NCBI GenBank assembly: GCA_023136205.1
Contig: JAGLRQ010000042.1
Coordinates: 24,873 to 56,872, forward strand
Reading direction: 5' to 3'
DNA length: 32,000 nucleotides
Source: Candidatus Auribacterota bacterium
GTDB lineage: Bacteria > Auribacterota > UBA6266
The notes beneath the pieces are model-generated. The model saw only the letters and a program-made list of their open reading frames with translations. It was not told where the DNA came from and made no database searches. Within the stretch, counting starts at the first letter, position 1. Each line of letters opens with the position of its first letter. Below are positions 6,453 to 17,703 of the stretch, piece by piece. The position numbers and the translations under genes were made by a program.

Positions 6453-8252
6453 TTAGTCTGTCTTTAATATTGCAGTAAACGCTTTCTGGGGAATACTGAT
6501 TTTCCCCACCTGTTTCATCCTTTTCTTTCCTTCTTTTTGCTTTTCCAGCAACTTCCTTTTCCTTGTTATATCCCCGCCATAACATTTCGCGGTAACATCT
6601 TTTCTCATAGCTTTAATTGTTGTCCGGGCAATAACCCGATTTCCCACTGTCGCTTGAAGAGCTATCTGGAAAAGGTGTCTGGGCATTAACTCTTTTAATT
6701 TTTCAATAACCTGCCGGCCTTTTGTCTCCGCCTTAGAACGATGAACAAGTGTAGAAAAAGCATCTACAGGATCCCCGTTAATAAGAATCTCAAGTTTTCC
6801 AATATCAGAGATTTTATATTTTTCAAACTCATAATCCATTGAGCCGTATCCCTTTGTCGCGGATTTAATTTTATCGTGAAAATCAATAATTATCTCATTC
6901 ATGGGGATGTTAAATGTCATCATAACTCTTTTGGAATCAAGCGTTTCGGTTTGTAAAAGTTCGCCCCTTCTATCCCTGCAGATTTGCATAATAGAACCAA
7001 TCGAACTTGCAGGACAAATAACATATACCTTTACATACGGTTCTTCAATGCTCTCTATGTTATCCTGCTCAGGCAGTTTTAGCGGATTATCTATCAATAT
7101 ACTACTCTGTCCGCCTTTAAGATTCACCTTGTATACAACACTTGGATGAGTCATTACAATATCAAGGCCAAATTCTCTTTCAATCCTTTCCTGAACTATT
7201 TCCATATGGAGAAGGCCAAGGAACCCGCACCTAAAACCAAATCCCAGTGCAACAGAATTTTCAGGTTCGTAACTGAGTGACGCATCGTTCAGCGCAAATT
7301 TATCAAGAACATCCTTCAGGATCTCGTACTCCGCGCTATTTGATGGATAAACACCGCTAAAAACCATGGGATGAATCTGCTTAAAGCCCGCTACCGGCTC
7401 GGAAACAGGACTTCTTGCATCAGTTATCGTATCGCCGATTACAACCTCCGAAGCAGTCTTTATATTGGAAATGATATACCCAACCTCTCCGGACTCCAGT
7501 TTATCTACTGATGTCGCTTTGGGCCTAAAGATACCAACTTCCGTCACTTCTAATTCTTTCCCTTTGCCCATCATGAGAACTTTCATTCCCTTTTTTATGC
7601 CCCCTTCAAAAACTCTTACATACAAAACAACTCCCCTGTAAGTATTGTACACTGAGTCAAAAATCAGAGCTTTAAGCTTATTTTCTTTAGGTTCAGGCGG
7701 CGGTGGAATATCTGACACAATTTTCTCAAGAACTTTTTCTACCCCTTCCCCGGTCTTTGCACTTGTTAATATTGCGTCCCCTGCAGGTATTTGCAGCACA
7801 TCTTCTATCTGACGCTTTACGCTTTCTACATCAGCATTGGGTAAATCAATTTTGTTGATGACCGGTATGATCTCAAGATTGTATTCAGAGGCAAGATGAA
7901 CATTTGCAACCGACTGAGCTTCAACTCCCTGAGACGCGTCAATTAAAAGAAGCGCCCCCTCACATGAAGCAAGGCTTCTTGAAACCTCGTGAGTGAAATC
8001 AACATGGCCGGGGGTATCAATCAGATTAAGCATATAAGTTTTACCATCCAGAGCCTTATAATCAATCCTCACGGGATGAGCTTTTATGGTAATGCCTCTC
8101 TCCCTCTCAAGATCCATATCATCAAGAGTCTGTTCTTTGATATCACGTTTACTGACAGTATGCGTAAGCTCTAAGATTCTGTCCGCAAGCGTGGATTTCC
8201 CATGATCTATATGGGCTATAACAGAAAAATTTCTAATGTTTTGACTCGTCAT
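6453..8252 (-). CDS. lepA: translation elongation factor 4 (LepA)
   Basis: 599-aa [34 protein letters not shown] and NKIDL G-motifs, plus the LepA-specific C-terminal region. Confidence 0.97.
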   Translation of the reverse strand: MTSQNIRNFSVIAHIDHGKSTLADRILELTHTVSKRDIKEQTLDDMDLERERGITIKAHPVRIDYKALDGKTYMLNLIDTPGHVDFTHEVSRSLASCEGALLLIDASQGVEAQSVANVHLASEYNLEIIPVINKIDLPNADVESVKRQIEDVLQIPAGDAILTSAKTGEGVEKVLEKIVSDIPPPPEPKENKLKALIFDSVYNTYRGVVLYVRVFEGGIKKGMKVLMMGKGKELEVTEVGIFRPKATSVDKLESGEVGYIISNIKTASEVVIGDTITDARSPVSEPVAGFKQIHPMVFSGVYPSNSAEYEILKDVLDKFALNDASLSYEPENSVALGFGFRCGFLGLLHMEIVQERIEREFGLDIVMTHPSVVYKVNLKGGQSSILIDNPLKLPEQDNIESIEEPYVKVYVICPASSIGSIMQICRDRRGELLQTETLDSKRVMMTFNIPMNEIIIDFHDKIKSATKGYGSMDYEFEKYKISDIGKLEILINGDPVDAFSTLVHRSKAETKGRQVIEKLKELMPRHLFQIALQATVGNRVIARTTIKAMRKDVTAKCYGGDITRKRKLLEKQKEGKKRMKQVGKISIPQKAFTAILKTD

Positions 8253-8908
8253 ATTAAACTCACTGTTTCCCTGAATTTACGGATAGCTTCACATACATTG
8301 CTTTCTCCAAAAATAGAACTTCCCGCGACAAGAATATTTATACCGGATCCAACCGCTTCAACCGCATTACTCAAATTTATACCCCCGTCAATTTCAAAAT
8401 CAACATTAAGATTCCTGGAATCAATAATCTTTTTTGCGGCTTTAACCTTATCCAGCACTGCTGGCATAAATTTCTGGCCGCTGAAGCCGGGATTAACCGA
8501 CATAAAAAGAATAAGGTCAACCTTGTCAATTATACTTTCAATTTCGAAAAGCGGCGTCGCAGGATTTATCGAAACACCGCACTTAACACCAAGTCTCCTG
8601 ATTTCTCTTATAACAGCTTCGGGATTTCTTTCCGCTTCTATATGAAACGTTATAAGATCCGCACCTGCTTCGGTAAAAACTTCCGCATACTTTAGCGGGT
8701 TAGATATCATAAGGTGGACATCCAGAAAAAGCTTTGTTGATTTTCTTATAGCCTTTACCATCCTGGGGCCAAACGTTATGTTAGGCACAAAGTGCCCATC
8801 CATAACATCAATATGAAGCCAATCCGCCTTACCTTTTTCAATTTTTTTTACATCTTCAGCCATTCTTCCAAAATCAGCTGAAAGTATTGAAGGAGCTATT
8901 TTTACCAC
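8249..8908 (-). CDS. rpe: ribulose-phosphate 3-epimerase
   Basis: ORF 8249..8974. The conserved sequence starts at (M)[12 protein letters not shown]...[15 protein letters not shown] at 8908 is preceded by GGGAGG 5 nt upstream, so the 22-codon N-terminal extension in the track is probably not translated. The stop overlaps the lepA start by 4 nt. Confidence 0.93.
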   Translation of the reverse strand: MVKIAPSILSADFGRMAEDVKKIEKGKADWLHIDVMDGHFVPNITFGPRMVKAIRKSTKLFLDVHLMISNPLKYAEVFTEAGADLITFHIEAERNPEAVIREIRRLGVKCGVSINPATPLFEIESIIDKVDLILFMSVNPGFSGQKFMPAVLDKVKAAKKIIDSRNLNVDFEIDGGINLSNAVEAVGSGINILVAGSSIFGESNVCEAIRKFRETVSLI

Positions 8909-9017
8909 TTTTACCTCCCGAAATCCCCCCGTTTTGTTTTTCTGCCTGTCCCCGCGGAAAGATTTGCGCCGCAAATCTGCCGGGACAAAACTGGAGGGAT
9001 AGTCCTTATCGTTTTTT

Positions 9018-10286
9018 CTAAAACTTCATTAATTTTTTAATTTTGTTTTCGTCTTTCTCAGGGCCAATAACCGCAAGTTTCATCTCTTTCTCAATAAAAT
9101 ATCTCTGCGCAATTCTCTGAATGTCCTCCAAGGTTACCGATTCTACTTCATTTACAACCTCCTGCTGAGAAATAATTCTGTCAAGAAGCACCAAGCCTTC
9201 TCCTATACGATACATTTGAGATGTCGTTCGTTCCATTGCCAGCATAAACTGACCAATATAAAACTCTTTCGCTCTTTCCAACTCACCCTTAGAGACTTTT
9301 TTTTGCCGCACTCTATCCAACTCCCTTAAAATAAGTTTTATAGCTTTTGAAAGCCTTGCACAATCAACTCCCGCCGAAACCACAAATGCTCCGGTATCCT
9401 TAAAATACTCAACCGAAGAGCCTATGTTATAAGACAATCCATGTCTTTCCCTTATTGACTGAAACAACCTGGAACTCATATTCCCACCCAATAAAACACT
9501 TAAGATATTAAATGCATACCTGTCTTTGTGAGACCTCTCAACACCTTTAAAGCCTATGGCTAGATGCGCCTGTTCGGTTTTCTTATCTCTGATAGCATAT
9601 TTTTTCTCACTTGTCTCTTTTTTGTAGCCCTCAAAAATCGGGGAAGGGCCGCCTCCAATATTACCTGCCCATTTCCTTACTTCCCTGACAACAATGCCAT
9701 GATCAATATTACCTGCTACCGATATAACGGTATTTGAAGCAACATAATTGGTTATCATGTAATCTGAAAAATCTTTTTTGCGGATCCCTGAAACCGTTTG
9801 AATCGTTCCTATTAGAGACCTTCCAAGCGGATGACTTCCCCATAGTAATCCTTTAATCAGATCGAGGATATGGTGATCAGGCATATCATGATACATATTT
9901 ATTTCTTCTTTTATCACTCCGCGTTCACGCTCGATCTCCCTGGGGTCAAAAGTCGAGTTCTTATATATGTCAAAGAGTATATCCAAGGCTAATGAAAAAT
10001 ACCTGGAGGCAACTTTCGCCATATAAAACGTATATTCTTCCGATGTATACGCGTTCAGCAATCCTCCTACTCCTTCTATGCTTTCGGATATTTTTTTACA
10101 ACTCCTTTTTTTTGTGCCTTTAAAAAGCAAGTGTTCAATGAAATGCGATATACCCGTATTTCCCCGTGTTTCATATCTCCCGCCTGTAGCAATCCATACG
10201 CCCATAGCAACAGAATGCATGTGCGGCATATTTTTTGTAGCTATTCTGATACCATTCGAAAGCGTATCTGTTTTTGTCTTTTCCAT
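9018..10286 (-). CDS. M16 family zinc metallopeptidase (insulinase/pitrilysin-like)
   Basis: 422-aa ORF with the inverted zinc motif HFIEHLLFKG (HxxEH) and the typical two-domain M16 length. Confidence 0.88.
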   Translation of the reverse strand: MEKTKTDTLSNGIRIATKNMPHMHSVAMGVWIATGGRYETRGNTGISHFIEHLLFKGTKKRSCKKISESIEGVGGLLNAYTSEEYTFYMAKVASRYFSLALDILFDIYKNSTFDPREIERERGVIKEEINMYHDMPDHHILDLIKGLLWGSHPLGRSLIGTIQTVSGIRKKDFSDYMITNYVASNTVISVAGNIDHGIVVREVRKWAGNIGGGPSPIFEGYKKETSEKKYAIRDKKTEQAHLAIGFKGVERSHKDRYAFNILSVLLGGNMSSRLFQSIRERHGLSYNIGSSVEYFKDTGAFVVSAGVDCARLSKAIKLILRELDRVRQKKVSKGELERAKEFYIGQFMLAMERTTSQMYRIGEGLVLLDRIISQQEVVNEVESVTLEDIQRIAQRYFIEKEMKLAVIGPEKDENKIKKLMKF

Positions 10287-11509
10287 TATAGTTCCTTCCT
10301 TATAATATCACCGAGAAATATATTCACCGGAAATTTAACACATATATTCGTTCCGGGATTGGCATCGCAAATGTCAACGCCTTTTTCATCTCTCATTTCT
10401 CCTACCCTTGTAACTCTATCCTTCTTCATATCAGGCCCAATAATCTCTATCTTTTCATTTTTCCGGATTTTGTTCCTTACGTTTACTACAGCACAATCTT
10501 TTTTTACTTTTATAACAATACCTAAAAAATCATACTTTCTGTGATACGCGGAACTGGAATACTCCTGCATATCATAATCATTTTTCCCGTTTATATAGAA
10601 ACCTGTTGTATATTTTCTGTGGCTTACCTTTTCAAGCTCTTCCCTTATTTTCCTGAAAGGAAAGTTTTCCTTCCCATAGCAGTTATCTATCGCTTTTCTG
10701 TATGCCCTTGTTACACAAGCAATATAATAAAGGCTTTTCATTCTACCCTCAACTTTTATTGCGCTTATTCCCGCAAGACGGATTTTTTTAACATAATCTA
10801 CCATGCACAGATCTTTAGAGTTAAAGATAAAGGTTCCCTCATCCGTTTCATCAACGGCAAAATGTTCACGGGGCCTTTCTTCTTCTATCAGTCTATATTT
10901 CCACCTGCATGGATGGGCACACTTTCCTTTATTGGCTTTTCTTCCTGTCATAAAAGAACTCAACAAACACCTCCCCGAATAGGACACACACATAGCGCCA
11001 TGACAAAATATCTCAAACTCTATGTCCCGAACTTTGGAATAAATCTTTTTAATTTCCGATAATGACAGTTCACGCCCTAATATAATTCTTTTTATTCCCT
11101 GCTTTTTCCAGAAAGACACTGCTTCGGAATTTAAAGTATTTGCCTGAGTGCTAAGGTGAATACTTATTCCTTTATCAAGTCTTTTTAAAACCAAGTTAAT
11201 AACACCCGGGTCCGAAACAATAACCGCATGGGGTTTTATTTCATTAATTTTATCAATGGCCCGTTCTGCTTTTTTAAAACTATTTTCTTCAACATAAGCA
11301 TTTAGAGCAATATAAATTTTCCTCTCAGATTTATTTGCTTCGTCCACAGATTTTTTAATATCTGAAATGCTAAACTTCTCCGCATAGGACCGAAGACTTA
11401 AATCCTTAAACCCGATATAAACAGCATCCGCTCCGTAGAGAAAAGCAAATTTAAGTTTTTCCCTGTTACCTGCCGGGGCTAAAAGTTCAATTTTATTTTT
11501 CTGATACAT
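10286..11509 (-). CDS. U32 family peptidase-like protein (family also includes RNA/quinone hydroxylation factors)
   Basis: 407-aa ORF. N-terminus ELLAPAGNREKLKFAFLYGADAVYIG and the Cys-containing core (CHGAMCVSYSGRCLLS) are typical of U32/YhbU/YrrO-type proteins. Confidence 0.85.
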   Translation of the reverse strand: MYQKNKIELLAPAGNREKLKFAFLYGADAVYIGFKDLSLRSYAEKFSISDIKKSVDEANKSERKIYIALNAYVEENSFKKAERAIDKINEIKPHAVIVSDPGVINLVLKRLDKGISIHLSTQANTLNSEAVSFWKKQGIKRIILGRELSLSEIKKIYSKVRDIEFEIFCHGAMCVSYSGRCLLSSFMTGRKANKGKCAHPCRWKYRLIEEERPREHFAVDETDEGTFIFNSKDLCMVDYVKKIRLAGISAIKVEGRMKSLYYIACVTRAYRKAIDNCYGKENFPFRKIREELEKVSHRKYTTGFYINGKNDYDMQEYSSSAYHRKYDFLGIVIKVKKDCAVVNVRNKIRKNEKIEIIGPDMKKDRVTRVGEMRDEKGVDICDANPGTNICVKFPVNIFLGDIIRKEL

Positions 11510-11575
11510 AGATAAGCAAAAATATCTTAACCCTTACAAAAAATTAAGAGAGGGATTAACAAATTTACCGGGTTG

Positions 11576-12004
11576 TCAAGTTTCTTCAAGGTTTTTCACG
11601 TAATCAAGATAACTTTGCAACATTACCTGTGCTGCCAGGCTATCTATCTTTTGCTTCCTTTTTTTTCTTCTCACGTTTGCTGATATTAAAATCTTTTCGG
11701 CAGAAACCGTAGTTAACCTTTCATCCCACAATACAGCATCAATACCGGTTTCATCCTTTAACCTTTCAGCAATTTCTTTTGCCCTGAGTGACCCGGAGCT
11801 TTCAGTCCCTTTCATATTGCGCGGATTGCCAATAATAAACCTCGTAACTCCTTTTTCCGCAACAAGTTGAATTATATCATTAACAAATGAAGTTAAATCC
11901 TTAAAATCTATAAAATCAAGGACTTGAGCTGTAATATTCAAATCATCGCTAATTGCTAAACCTATTCTTCTTTTGCCTAAATCTAACCCGAGGTATTTTA
12001 TCAC
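11576..12004 (-). CDS. ruvX: Holliday junction resolvase-like nuclease RuvX (YqgF)
   Basis: 142-aa ORF. MIKYLGLDLGKRRIGLAISD...DERLTTVSA is the YqgF/RuvX signature. Confidence 0.92.
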   Translation of the reverse strand: MIKYLGLDLGKRRIGLAISDDLNITAQVLDFIDFKDLTSFVNDIIQLVAEKGVTRFIIGNPRNMKGTESSGSLRAKEIAERLKDETGIDAVLWDERLTTVSAEKILISANVRRKKRKQKIDSLAAQVMLQSYLDYVKNLEET

Positions 12005-13077
12005 AGGTAGTGCTTCTTTCCTTTTTTGCCAATAAGCTGAACCACTTTTTTAACGTTTTCAGATTTGTCTATCGGACAAATCATCACCGCATCACTTGTC
12101 TTTACCGCGATAATATCCTTCATATCGGACAGGCCAAGGGCTCCGCAGTCAGATATGGCCAGACAACCCGAACAGCTATTCAAAAACACATCCCCTTTTA
12201 CATAGTTTGCGTTTTTGTCGCATTTCATAAATCTCAATATGCTTCTCCAGCCCCCCAGATCATCCCATGTAAAATTGCCTTCTACAACAGCAATATTTTT
12301 CGATTTCTCCATGAGAACATAATCTATAGAATCTTTAACAAGTCCGGGATAAACCCTGGAAAGAACCTTTTCTATAGAGCCTTTGAATTTCAAAAAGGAG
12401 TTAACCGCCTTATTATACTGGGGAGCATGTTTCTTAAATTCTTCAAGGAAAACATCGGCACGCCACACAAACATCCCGCTATTCCATTTCATTCCCTTCC
12501 TGACATACTTCCTTGCTGTTTTTAAATCGGGCTTTTCAATAAATCTTTTGGTTTCGAAAATCTTTATTCCGGTTTTGCCGGTAAGAAGTTTGCCGGGAAG
12601 TATATATCCGTATCCCGTGCTCGGGTATGTGGGGCTTATACCTATGGTTAAAAGTTTCTTCTCTGAATAAGCAAACTCCGCTGCTTTAGAAATAGTCTTA
12701 AGGTAAAGCTTTTCATTTTCAATATGGCTGTCGGCAGGAAGCATAACAATTATTGCGTCTTTTTGCCTCCTGTATACAATAGCAGCCGCAAGGGCCGCGC
12801 AGGGAGCTGTATTCCTCCCAACCGGTTCAGCGATAATATTTCCCCCTGGAATATCTTTAAGCTGGGCAAGCGCCGCTTTCTTCTGTTTCTTTCCGACTAT
12901 TACAAGAATATTTTCGGATGAAACAATTTTTTTAATTCTACTTACGGTAGCCTGAACAAGGGTTAATCTGCCGGAAACCGATAAAAATTGCTTGGGGGTT
13001 TGTTCCCTGCTTCTCGGCCAGAATCTCTCACCCTTACCGCCTGCCATTAGAACAACAAATAATTTCTTTTTCATCAT
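12001..13077 (-). CDS. mannose-1-phosphate guanylyltransferase-like nucleotidyltransferase (no C-terminal isomerase domain)
   Basis: 358-aa ORF. VVLMAGGKGERFWPRSREQTPKQFL and GYGYI motifs of ManC/CpsB-type enzymes. Start and stop each overlap the neighbouring gene by 4 nt. Confidence 0.85.
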   Translation of the reverse strand: MMKKKLFVVLMAGGKGERFWPRSREQTPKQFLSVSGRLTLVQATVSRIKKIVSSENILVIVGKKQKKAALAQLKDIPGGNIIAEPVGRNTAPCAALAAAIVYRRQKDAIIVMLPADSHIENEKLYLKTISKAAEFAYSEKKLLTIGISPTYPSTGYGYILPGKLLTGKTGIKIFETKRFIEKPDLKTARKYVRKGMKWNSGMFVWRADVFLEEFKKHAPQYNKAVNSFLKFKGSIEKVLSRVYPGLVKDSIDYVLMEKSKNIAVVEGNFTWDDLGGWRSILRFMKCDKNANYVKGDVFLNSCSGCLAISDCGALGLSDMKDIIAVKTSDAVMICPIDKSENVKKVVQLIGKKGKKHYL

Positions 13078-13880
13078 TTATTTTTTAATCCCGCGGCTAA
13101 TTTAGAAACAAAGCGGACAACCTTTTCCTCTAAATTTCTCTTACGAAGGTTTTCTTCTATTTTTTTAACCGCAGCGCTGCCTACCACGGCCGCATCAGCA
13201 TATGCCGCCACTTCCCTAATCTGCCGAGGCGTAGAAATGCCGAAGCCAACAGCAACAGGCAGGGTAGAATACCGCTTTATCTGTTTTACCAGCTTCGGTG
13301 TTTCCGTATTTAATTTCTTTCTTGCACCGGTCACACCTGTTCTTGATACACAGTAAATAAACCCTGTAGAAGCTTCTGCTATCTTTTTAATTCTACCGGC
13401 AGGGCTGGTGGGACTAACCAGAAAAACAGTTTTTATATCCTTCTTAGCGGCAAGGTTTTTATATTCTCCCGCTTCTTCAGGCGGCAAATCGAGTATCAAT
13501 ATCCCATCTACACCAAGCTGGGAACACCTTAAAATAAATTTCTTAAGACCGAAATTCATAACAGGGTTATAGTAAGTAAAAAGAACAATGGGTAATTTAA
13601 AATTTTTGCGTTTCCTTAATATCTCAACCATATTAAAAACGCTTTTCATCAAAGCATTTTGTTTCAGGGAACGGGAAGAAGCTTTTTGAATAGTCGGGCC
13701 ATCAGCTAACGGATCAGAAAACGGTACCCCGAGTTCCAGGATATCAACGCCTTTGTTTTCCATATGGGAAATGATATTTACACTTCTTTTAAAATCGGGG
13801 TCCCCGGCCGTTAAATACAGTATAAAAGCTTTTCTGCGCGCTGCTTTAAGTTCTTGAAATTTTTTATCTATCCTGTTCAT
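13074..13880 (-). CDS. trpA: tryptophan synthase alpha chain
   Basis: 268-aa [12 protein letters not shown]...[18 protein letters not shown]...GFGIS motifs. Confidence 0.96.
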   Translation of the reverse strand: MNRIDKKFQELKAARRKAFILYLTAGDPDFKRSVNIISHMENKGVDILELGVPFSDPLADGPTIQKASSRSLKQNALMKSVFNMVEILRKRKNFKLPIVLFTYYNPVMNFGLKKFILRCSQLGVDGILILDLPPEEAGEYKNLAAKKDIKTVFLVSPTSPAGRIKKIAEASTGFIYCVSRTGVTGARKKLNTETPKLVKQIKRYSTLPVAVGFGISTPRQIREVAAYADAAVVGSAAVKKIEENLRKRNLEEKVVRFVSKLAAGLKNK

Positions 13881-15073
13881 TTTCTCTTCTTCTTGTTTTT
13901 CTTTAAATATTCGCTGACAACCTGAACATCCTTATCCCCCCTGCCGGAAAGATTTATAACTATGAGCTTATTTTTACCAAGTTTCTTTCTGTTTTTAATC
14001 ACATACGCAATTGCATGTGAACTTTCAAGAGCAGGAATGAGGCCTTCGGTCTCGCTAAGCTTTACAAAAGCGTTAACAGCTTCCCCGTCTGTGACATTGT
14101 CATATTTAATTCTCCCCTCCTCATAAAAATAGCTGTGTTCAGGCCCCACCCCGGCATAATCAAGACCCGCTGAAATAGAATGGGTTAAACGTATTTGCCC
14201 ATCCTCGGTCTGGAGAATATATGTTTTCGCTCCATGAAGGACACCAACACTTCCTCCTTTGAAACGCGCGGCATGTTTGCCTGTTTTCAAGCCAAGGCCA
14301 CCCGCTTCGACCCCGATGAATTTTACGCGCGGATATTTTAAAAACTCATAGAAAAGCCCAATTGAATTACTTCCCCCTCCTACACATGCCACCATGTAAT
14401 CAGGCAGTCTTTTTTCCATCTTGAGTATTTGCTTTTTCGCTTCTTTGCCTATAACCCTTTGAAAATCCCTCACAATCATTGGATAAGGATGGGGGCCTCC
14501 GACAGAACCCAGGATATAATGCGTATTTCTAACATTAGTAACCCAATCCCTTATCGCTTCATTCATAGCATCTTTCAATGTTCTACTACCGGATTTCACC
14601 TTTATTACATTCGCGCCCAGAAGCTCCATCCTGAAAACATTAAGATTCTGCCTGTAAATATCTTCCTCACCCATGTATATGTCACACTGAACTCCAAACA
14701 TCGCGCACACGGCAGCAACTGCAACTCCATGCTGCCCGGCACCCGTCTCGGCAATTACTCTTTTTTTGCCCATTCTGACAGCAAGCAGTATCTGCCCGAT
14801 AGCGTTATTTATTTTATGCGCACCGGTATGAAGCAAGTCCTCTCTTTTCAGGTAAATCCTGTGTCCGAGCTCTTTTGACAGTCTTTCAGCAAAATAAAGA
14901 GGTGTTGGCCTTCCAGCATATTCTTTCAGGTAATGATTCAGTTCTTCTTTAAATTTTCTGTCGATTTTATATTTGTAATAACACTCTTCAAGCTCTTTCA
15001 AAGCTGTCATAAGAGTTTCGGGCACATACTTACCTCCGAACTCCCCAAACATTCCTCTTTTATCAGGATTCAT
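13877..15073 (-). CDS. trpB: tryptophan synthase beta chain
   Basis: 398-aa [29 protein letters not shown] (PLP Lys) and GGGSNSIG. Confidence 0.97.
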   Translation of the reverse strand: MNPDKRGMFGEFGGKYVPETLMTALKELEECYYKYKIDRKFKEELNHYLKEYAGRPTPLYFAERLSKELGHRIYLKREDLLHTGAHKINNAIGQILLAVRMGKKRVIAETGAGQHGVAVAAVCAMFGVQCDIYMGEEDIYRQNLNVFRMELLGANVIKVKSGSRTLKDAMNEAIRDWVTNVRNTHYILGSVGGPHPYPMIVRDFQRVIGKEAKKQILKMEKRLPDYMVACVGGGSNSIGLFYEFLKYPRVKFIGVEAGGLGLKTGKHAARFKGGSVGVLHGAKTYILQTEDGQIRLTHSISAGLDYAGVGPEHSYFYEEGRIKYDNVTDGEAVNAFVKLSETEGLIPALESSHAIAYVIKNRKKLGKNKLIVINLSGRGDKDVQVVSEYLKKNKKKRK

Positions 15074-15121
15074 AAATTAATTCCCCTCGATAGCACAAGC
15101 AACACGAATCATTTTTTCAAT

Positions 15122-15745
15122 TTAAAAAATTAACGCTTTTTTCGCCAGGGCTATAAATTCCTTTAGTTTGGCATGGTCTTTTTTACCGGGAGAGCTTTCA
15201 ACTCCACTACAGGTATCAACCGCATCAGGTTTCGTTGCCATTATCGCTCCGATAAGGTTACCCACTTTTAACCCGCCCGATAATATTACCAGTTTTTTGT
15301 CTCTTTTTAATTCAGACACCAGGTGCCAGTCAAACGGAACACCGGTTCCTCCTCTTCTGCCTTTAGAAAACGTATCAAGCATAATAAAATCAGGGGTATT
15401 ATACTCGCTGATTTTTTTTACATCATCCTTGCCGGAAATACTAAAAACCTTTATAACCTTTCTCCCGAAACTGCCGCAGTACTCGGAATCTTCATCACCG
15501 TGAAACTGAAGATAATCAAGGTCACAAAAATCTGCTATTCTTTCTACTTCGCGTTTGTCTTCATTAACAAAAACCCCCACCGTAGTAACAAACGGAGGAA
15601 GTGATTTAATTATCTTTCTTGCATCTTCAGGCTTCATTCTACGGGGGCTCTCCGCAAAAATAAACCCAAGAGCATCCGCTCCATGAGCACACGCGGCATC
15701 CGCGTCTTCAATATTAGTAATCCCGCATATCTTTACTCTAATCAT
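15122..15745 (-). CDS. trpF: phosphoribosylanthranilate isomerase
   Basis: 207-aa ORF. IRVKICGIT...GADALGFIF...LSGGL pattern. Confidence 0.94.
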   Translation of the reverse strand: MIRVKICGITNIEDADAACAHGADALGFIFAESPRRMKPEDARKIIKSLPPFVTTVGVFVNEDKREVERIADFCDLDYLQFHGDEDSEYCGSFGRKVIKVFSISGKDDVKKISEYNTPDFIMLDTFSKGRRGGTGVPFDWHLVSELKRDKKLVILSGGLKVGNLIGAIMATKPDAVDTCSGVESSPGKKDHAKLKEFIALAKKALIF

Positions 15746-15764
15746 TATCAGTCCTGTTTAGTAT

Positions 15765-15891
15765 CTGGTCCCCTACGGGGAGGCTACGCTACACTTCGCA
15801 CTATTTCGTGAATCGTGAACCGTTAAAAAGCAAAAAACCTTTTAAACCATTTGTGGTATAAATTTTAAAAATATACTATTCACTATTCACC
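15765..15891. repeat. intergenic repeat element between trpC and trpF (GTGAAT-type tandem/inverted repeats plus CCTCCCC..GGGGAC mini-hairpin)
   Basis: TCCCC-TAC-GGGGA hairpin at 15769-15781. CGTGAATCGTGAAC at 15807-15820 is the imperfect inverted partner of CTATTCACTATTCACC at 15876-15891 (12-bp core, 1 mismatch). Related copies are at 20785-20800 and 23950-24033. Confidence 0.7.
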
Positions 15892-16681
15892 GCTTTTTAA
15901 TCTTTTCTATTTTAAACTCTTTTATCATTTTTCCTTTGTCTTCGGATTTCATAAGCGACTCCCCTACAAGAATCGCATCTGCACCGGCATCGCGGACTCT
16001 CTTTACATCCGACAGAGTAACAAGACCACTCTCGGATACCTTAACAACTTCATTTGGTATGTGTGAAAGCAGTTTTTCGGACACTCCTATATCTATATCA
16101 AATGTTTTAAGGTCCCTGTTATTAATTCCTATGATTTTTACACCCTGTATATCTTTAACAGCATTTAATTCTTTTTCGTTATGCACCTCCACAAGAACAT
16201 CGAGGTACATATTAAAGGAAAGCTCTATCATTTCTTTAATTTCTTTGTCCGTTAAAGCTGCCGCAATAATCAGAACAGCATCAGCCCCGGCAGCTTTACT
16301 TTCATATATCTGATATGATTCAATTATAAAATCTTTTCTTAAAACCGGTAATTTTGTATTGGCCTTTACAATAGAAAGATATTCAAGTTTACCTTCAAAA
16401 TATTTTTCATCCGTAAGGACTGACAACGCATCAGCCCCGGCTTCCGTATAAACTTTCGCTATGTTAACCGGATCAAAATTAGAAACTATTTGTCCCTTCG
16501 ACGGAGAAGCTTTTTTTATCTCAGAGATAACAGCTATGCCGCCGTTTTTTTTAATAGCCGCGGAAAACGGGCGCGGAAGAGGAGCCATTTCACATTTCTT
16601 CTTTAAAAGATCAATCGGTACCCTTTTCTTCCTGCTGTTAACTTCAAATCGCTTATCCCTTAATATATCATCAAGTATCAC
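15887..16681 (-). CDS. trpC: indole-3-glycerol phosphate synthase
   Basis: 264-aa [16 protein letters not shown]...LRKDFI...IGINNRDL motifs. Confidence 0.95.
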   Translation of the reverse strand: MILDDILRDKRFEVNSRKKRVPIDLLKKKCEMAPLPRPFSAAIKKNGGIAVISEIKKASPSKGQIVSNFDPVNIAKVYTEAGADALSVLTDEKYFEGKLEYLSIVKANTKLPVLRKDFIIESYQIYESKAAGADAVLIIAAALTDKEIKEMIELSFNMYLDVLVEVHNEKELNAVKDIQGVKIIGINNRDLKTFDIDIGVSEKLLSHIPNEVVKVSESGLVTLSDVKRVRDAGADAILVGESLMKSEDKGKMIKEFKIEKIKKR

Positions 16682-17694
16682 TGTTTCATCCTTGTATATT
16701 CAATCAATCTGTTTAACTTTTTCAGGGCAGCACCGGAATCTATTGAATTTTCAGCCGCTGTAATACCTTCTTTAAAATCTCTCGCCGCAGCACCGCATAT
16801 TATAGCAGCAGCGGCATTTAAAATAACAATATCCCGTCTCGCTGATCTCTCCCCTTTTAATATTGAAAAGGCCGTTTTAACGTTTTCTTCGACATATCCG
16901 CCTTTTATATCATCAATTGAGCCCTTTTTTATACCAAATTCTTCGGGATTAAACTCATAATTGCTGACCTCACCATCCTTAAGTTCGCTAATATAAGTAT
17001 TACCCGTAATAGTTATTTCATCTATCCCGTCCAGGCCATGAACAACAAAAGCCCTTCCGGATCCCAGGTTTTTTAGTACCCCGGCAATCTTAACTGTCAG
17101 GTTTTTATCAAAAACACCTATTACCTGATTCCTCGCTCCCGCAGGATTCGTCAACGGCCCCAGTACATTAAATATGGTTCTTACACCCATTTCTTTCCTG
17201 GGGCCAATTGCATGTTTCATCGCAGGATGAAGAGTCGGAGCAAACAGAAAACCCATCCCAACATCCTTTATACAGTTCGACATCTGCACTTCGTCAATAT
17301 TAATATTAACTCCCAGGCCGGCGAGAACATCCGCGCTTCCGCACTTGCTTGAAACAGCTCTATTCCCATGTTTAGCCACCGGAACACCGGCCCCGGCAGT
17401 AACAAAGGCGCTAACGGTAGATATATTAAAAGTATGAGCCCCGTCTCCTCCCGTGCCGCACGTATCAACAACATTATCACCTGCTTTAACCACAGTCGCA
17501 GCCTTCCTCATTGCCAGAGCGCCCCCTGTAATTTCCTCGACAGTTTCACCCTTCATTCTTAAAGCAATGAGATATGCCGCAATTTGAGCCGGTGTGGTAT
17601 TACCGCTCATTATCTGGCCCATCACCTGTTCAGCCTCTTCGATAGACAGATCTTCCCTGACAATTACTTTTTTAATTGCTTCCTTTATATCCAT
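16678..17694 (-). CDS. trpD: anthranilate phosphoribosyltransferase
   Basis: 338-aa [12 protein letters not shown]...[17 protein letters not shown] motifs. Confidence 0.96.
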   Translation of the reverse strand: MDIKEAIKKVIVREDLSIEEAEQVMGQIMSGNTTPAQIAAYLIALRMKGETVEEITGGALAMRKAATVVKAGDNVVDTCGTGGDGAHTFNISTVSAFVTAGAGVPVAKHGNRAVSSKCGSADVLAGLGVNINIDEVQMSNCIKDVGMGFLFAPTLHPAMKHAIGPRKEMGVRTIFNVLGPLTNPAGARNQVIGVFDKNLTVKIAGVLKNLGSGRAFVVHGLDGIDEITITGNTYISELKDGEVSNYEFNPEEFGIKKGSIDDIKGGYVEENVKTAFSILKGERSARRDIVILNAAAAIICGAAARDFKEGITAAENSIDSGAALKKLNRLIEYTRMKQ

Positions 17695-17703
17695 ATCTTT
17701 ACC

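Noticed and set aside
8202-8645. Long antisense ORFs opposite well-supported genes (for example 8202..8645, 10131..10544, 10541..11062, 11953..12525, 14429..14878, 15936..16313, 22342..22770, 23444..23932, 24283..24690, 30100..30492)
   Set aside because: Each lies fully within or opposite a gene with clear family motifs. They have low-complexity Ser/Phe/Ile-rich translations typical of the antisense frame of AT-rich coding DNA and lack RBS signals.
8909-8974. 22-codon N-terminal extension of rpe in the ORF track (MRRKSFRGDRQKNK...)
   Set aside because: A GGGAGG RBS sits inside it, 5 nt before GTG 8908, and the conserved Rpe N-terminus ([11 protein letters not shown]) starts right after that codon.
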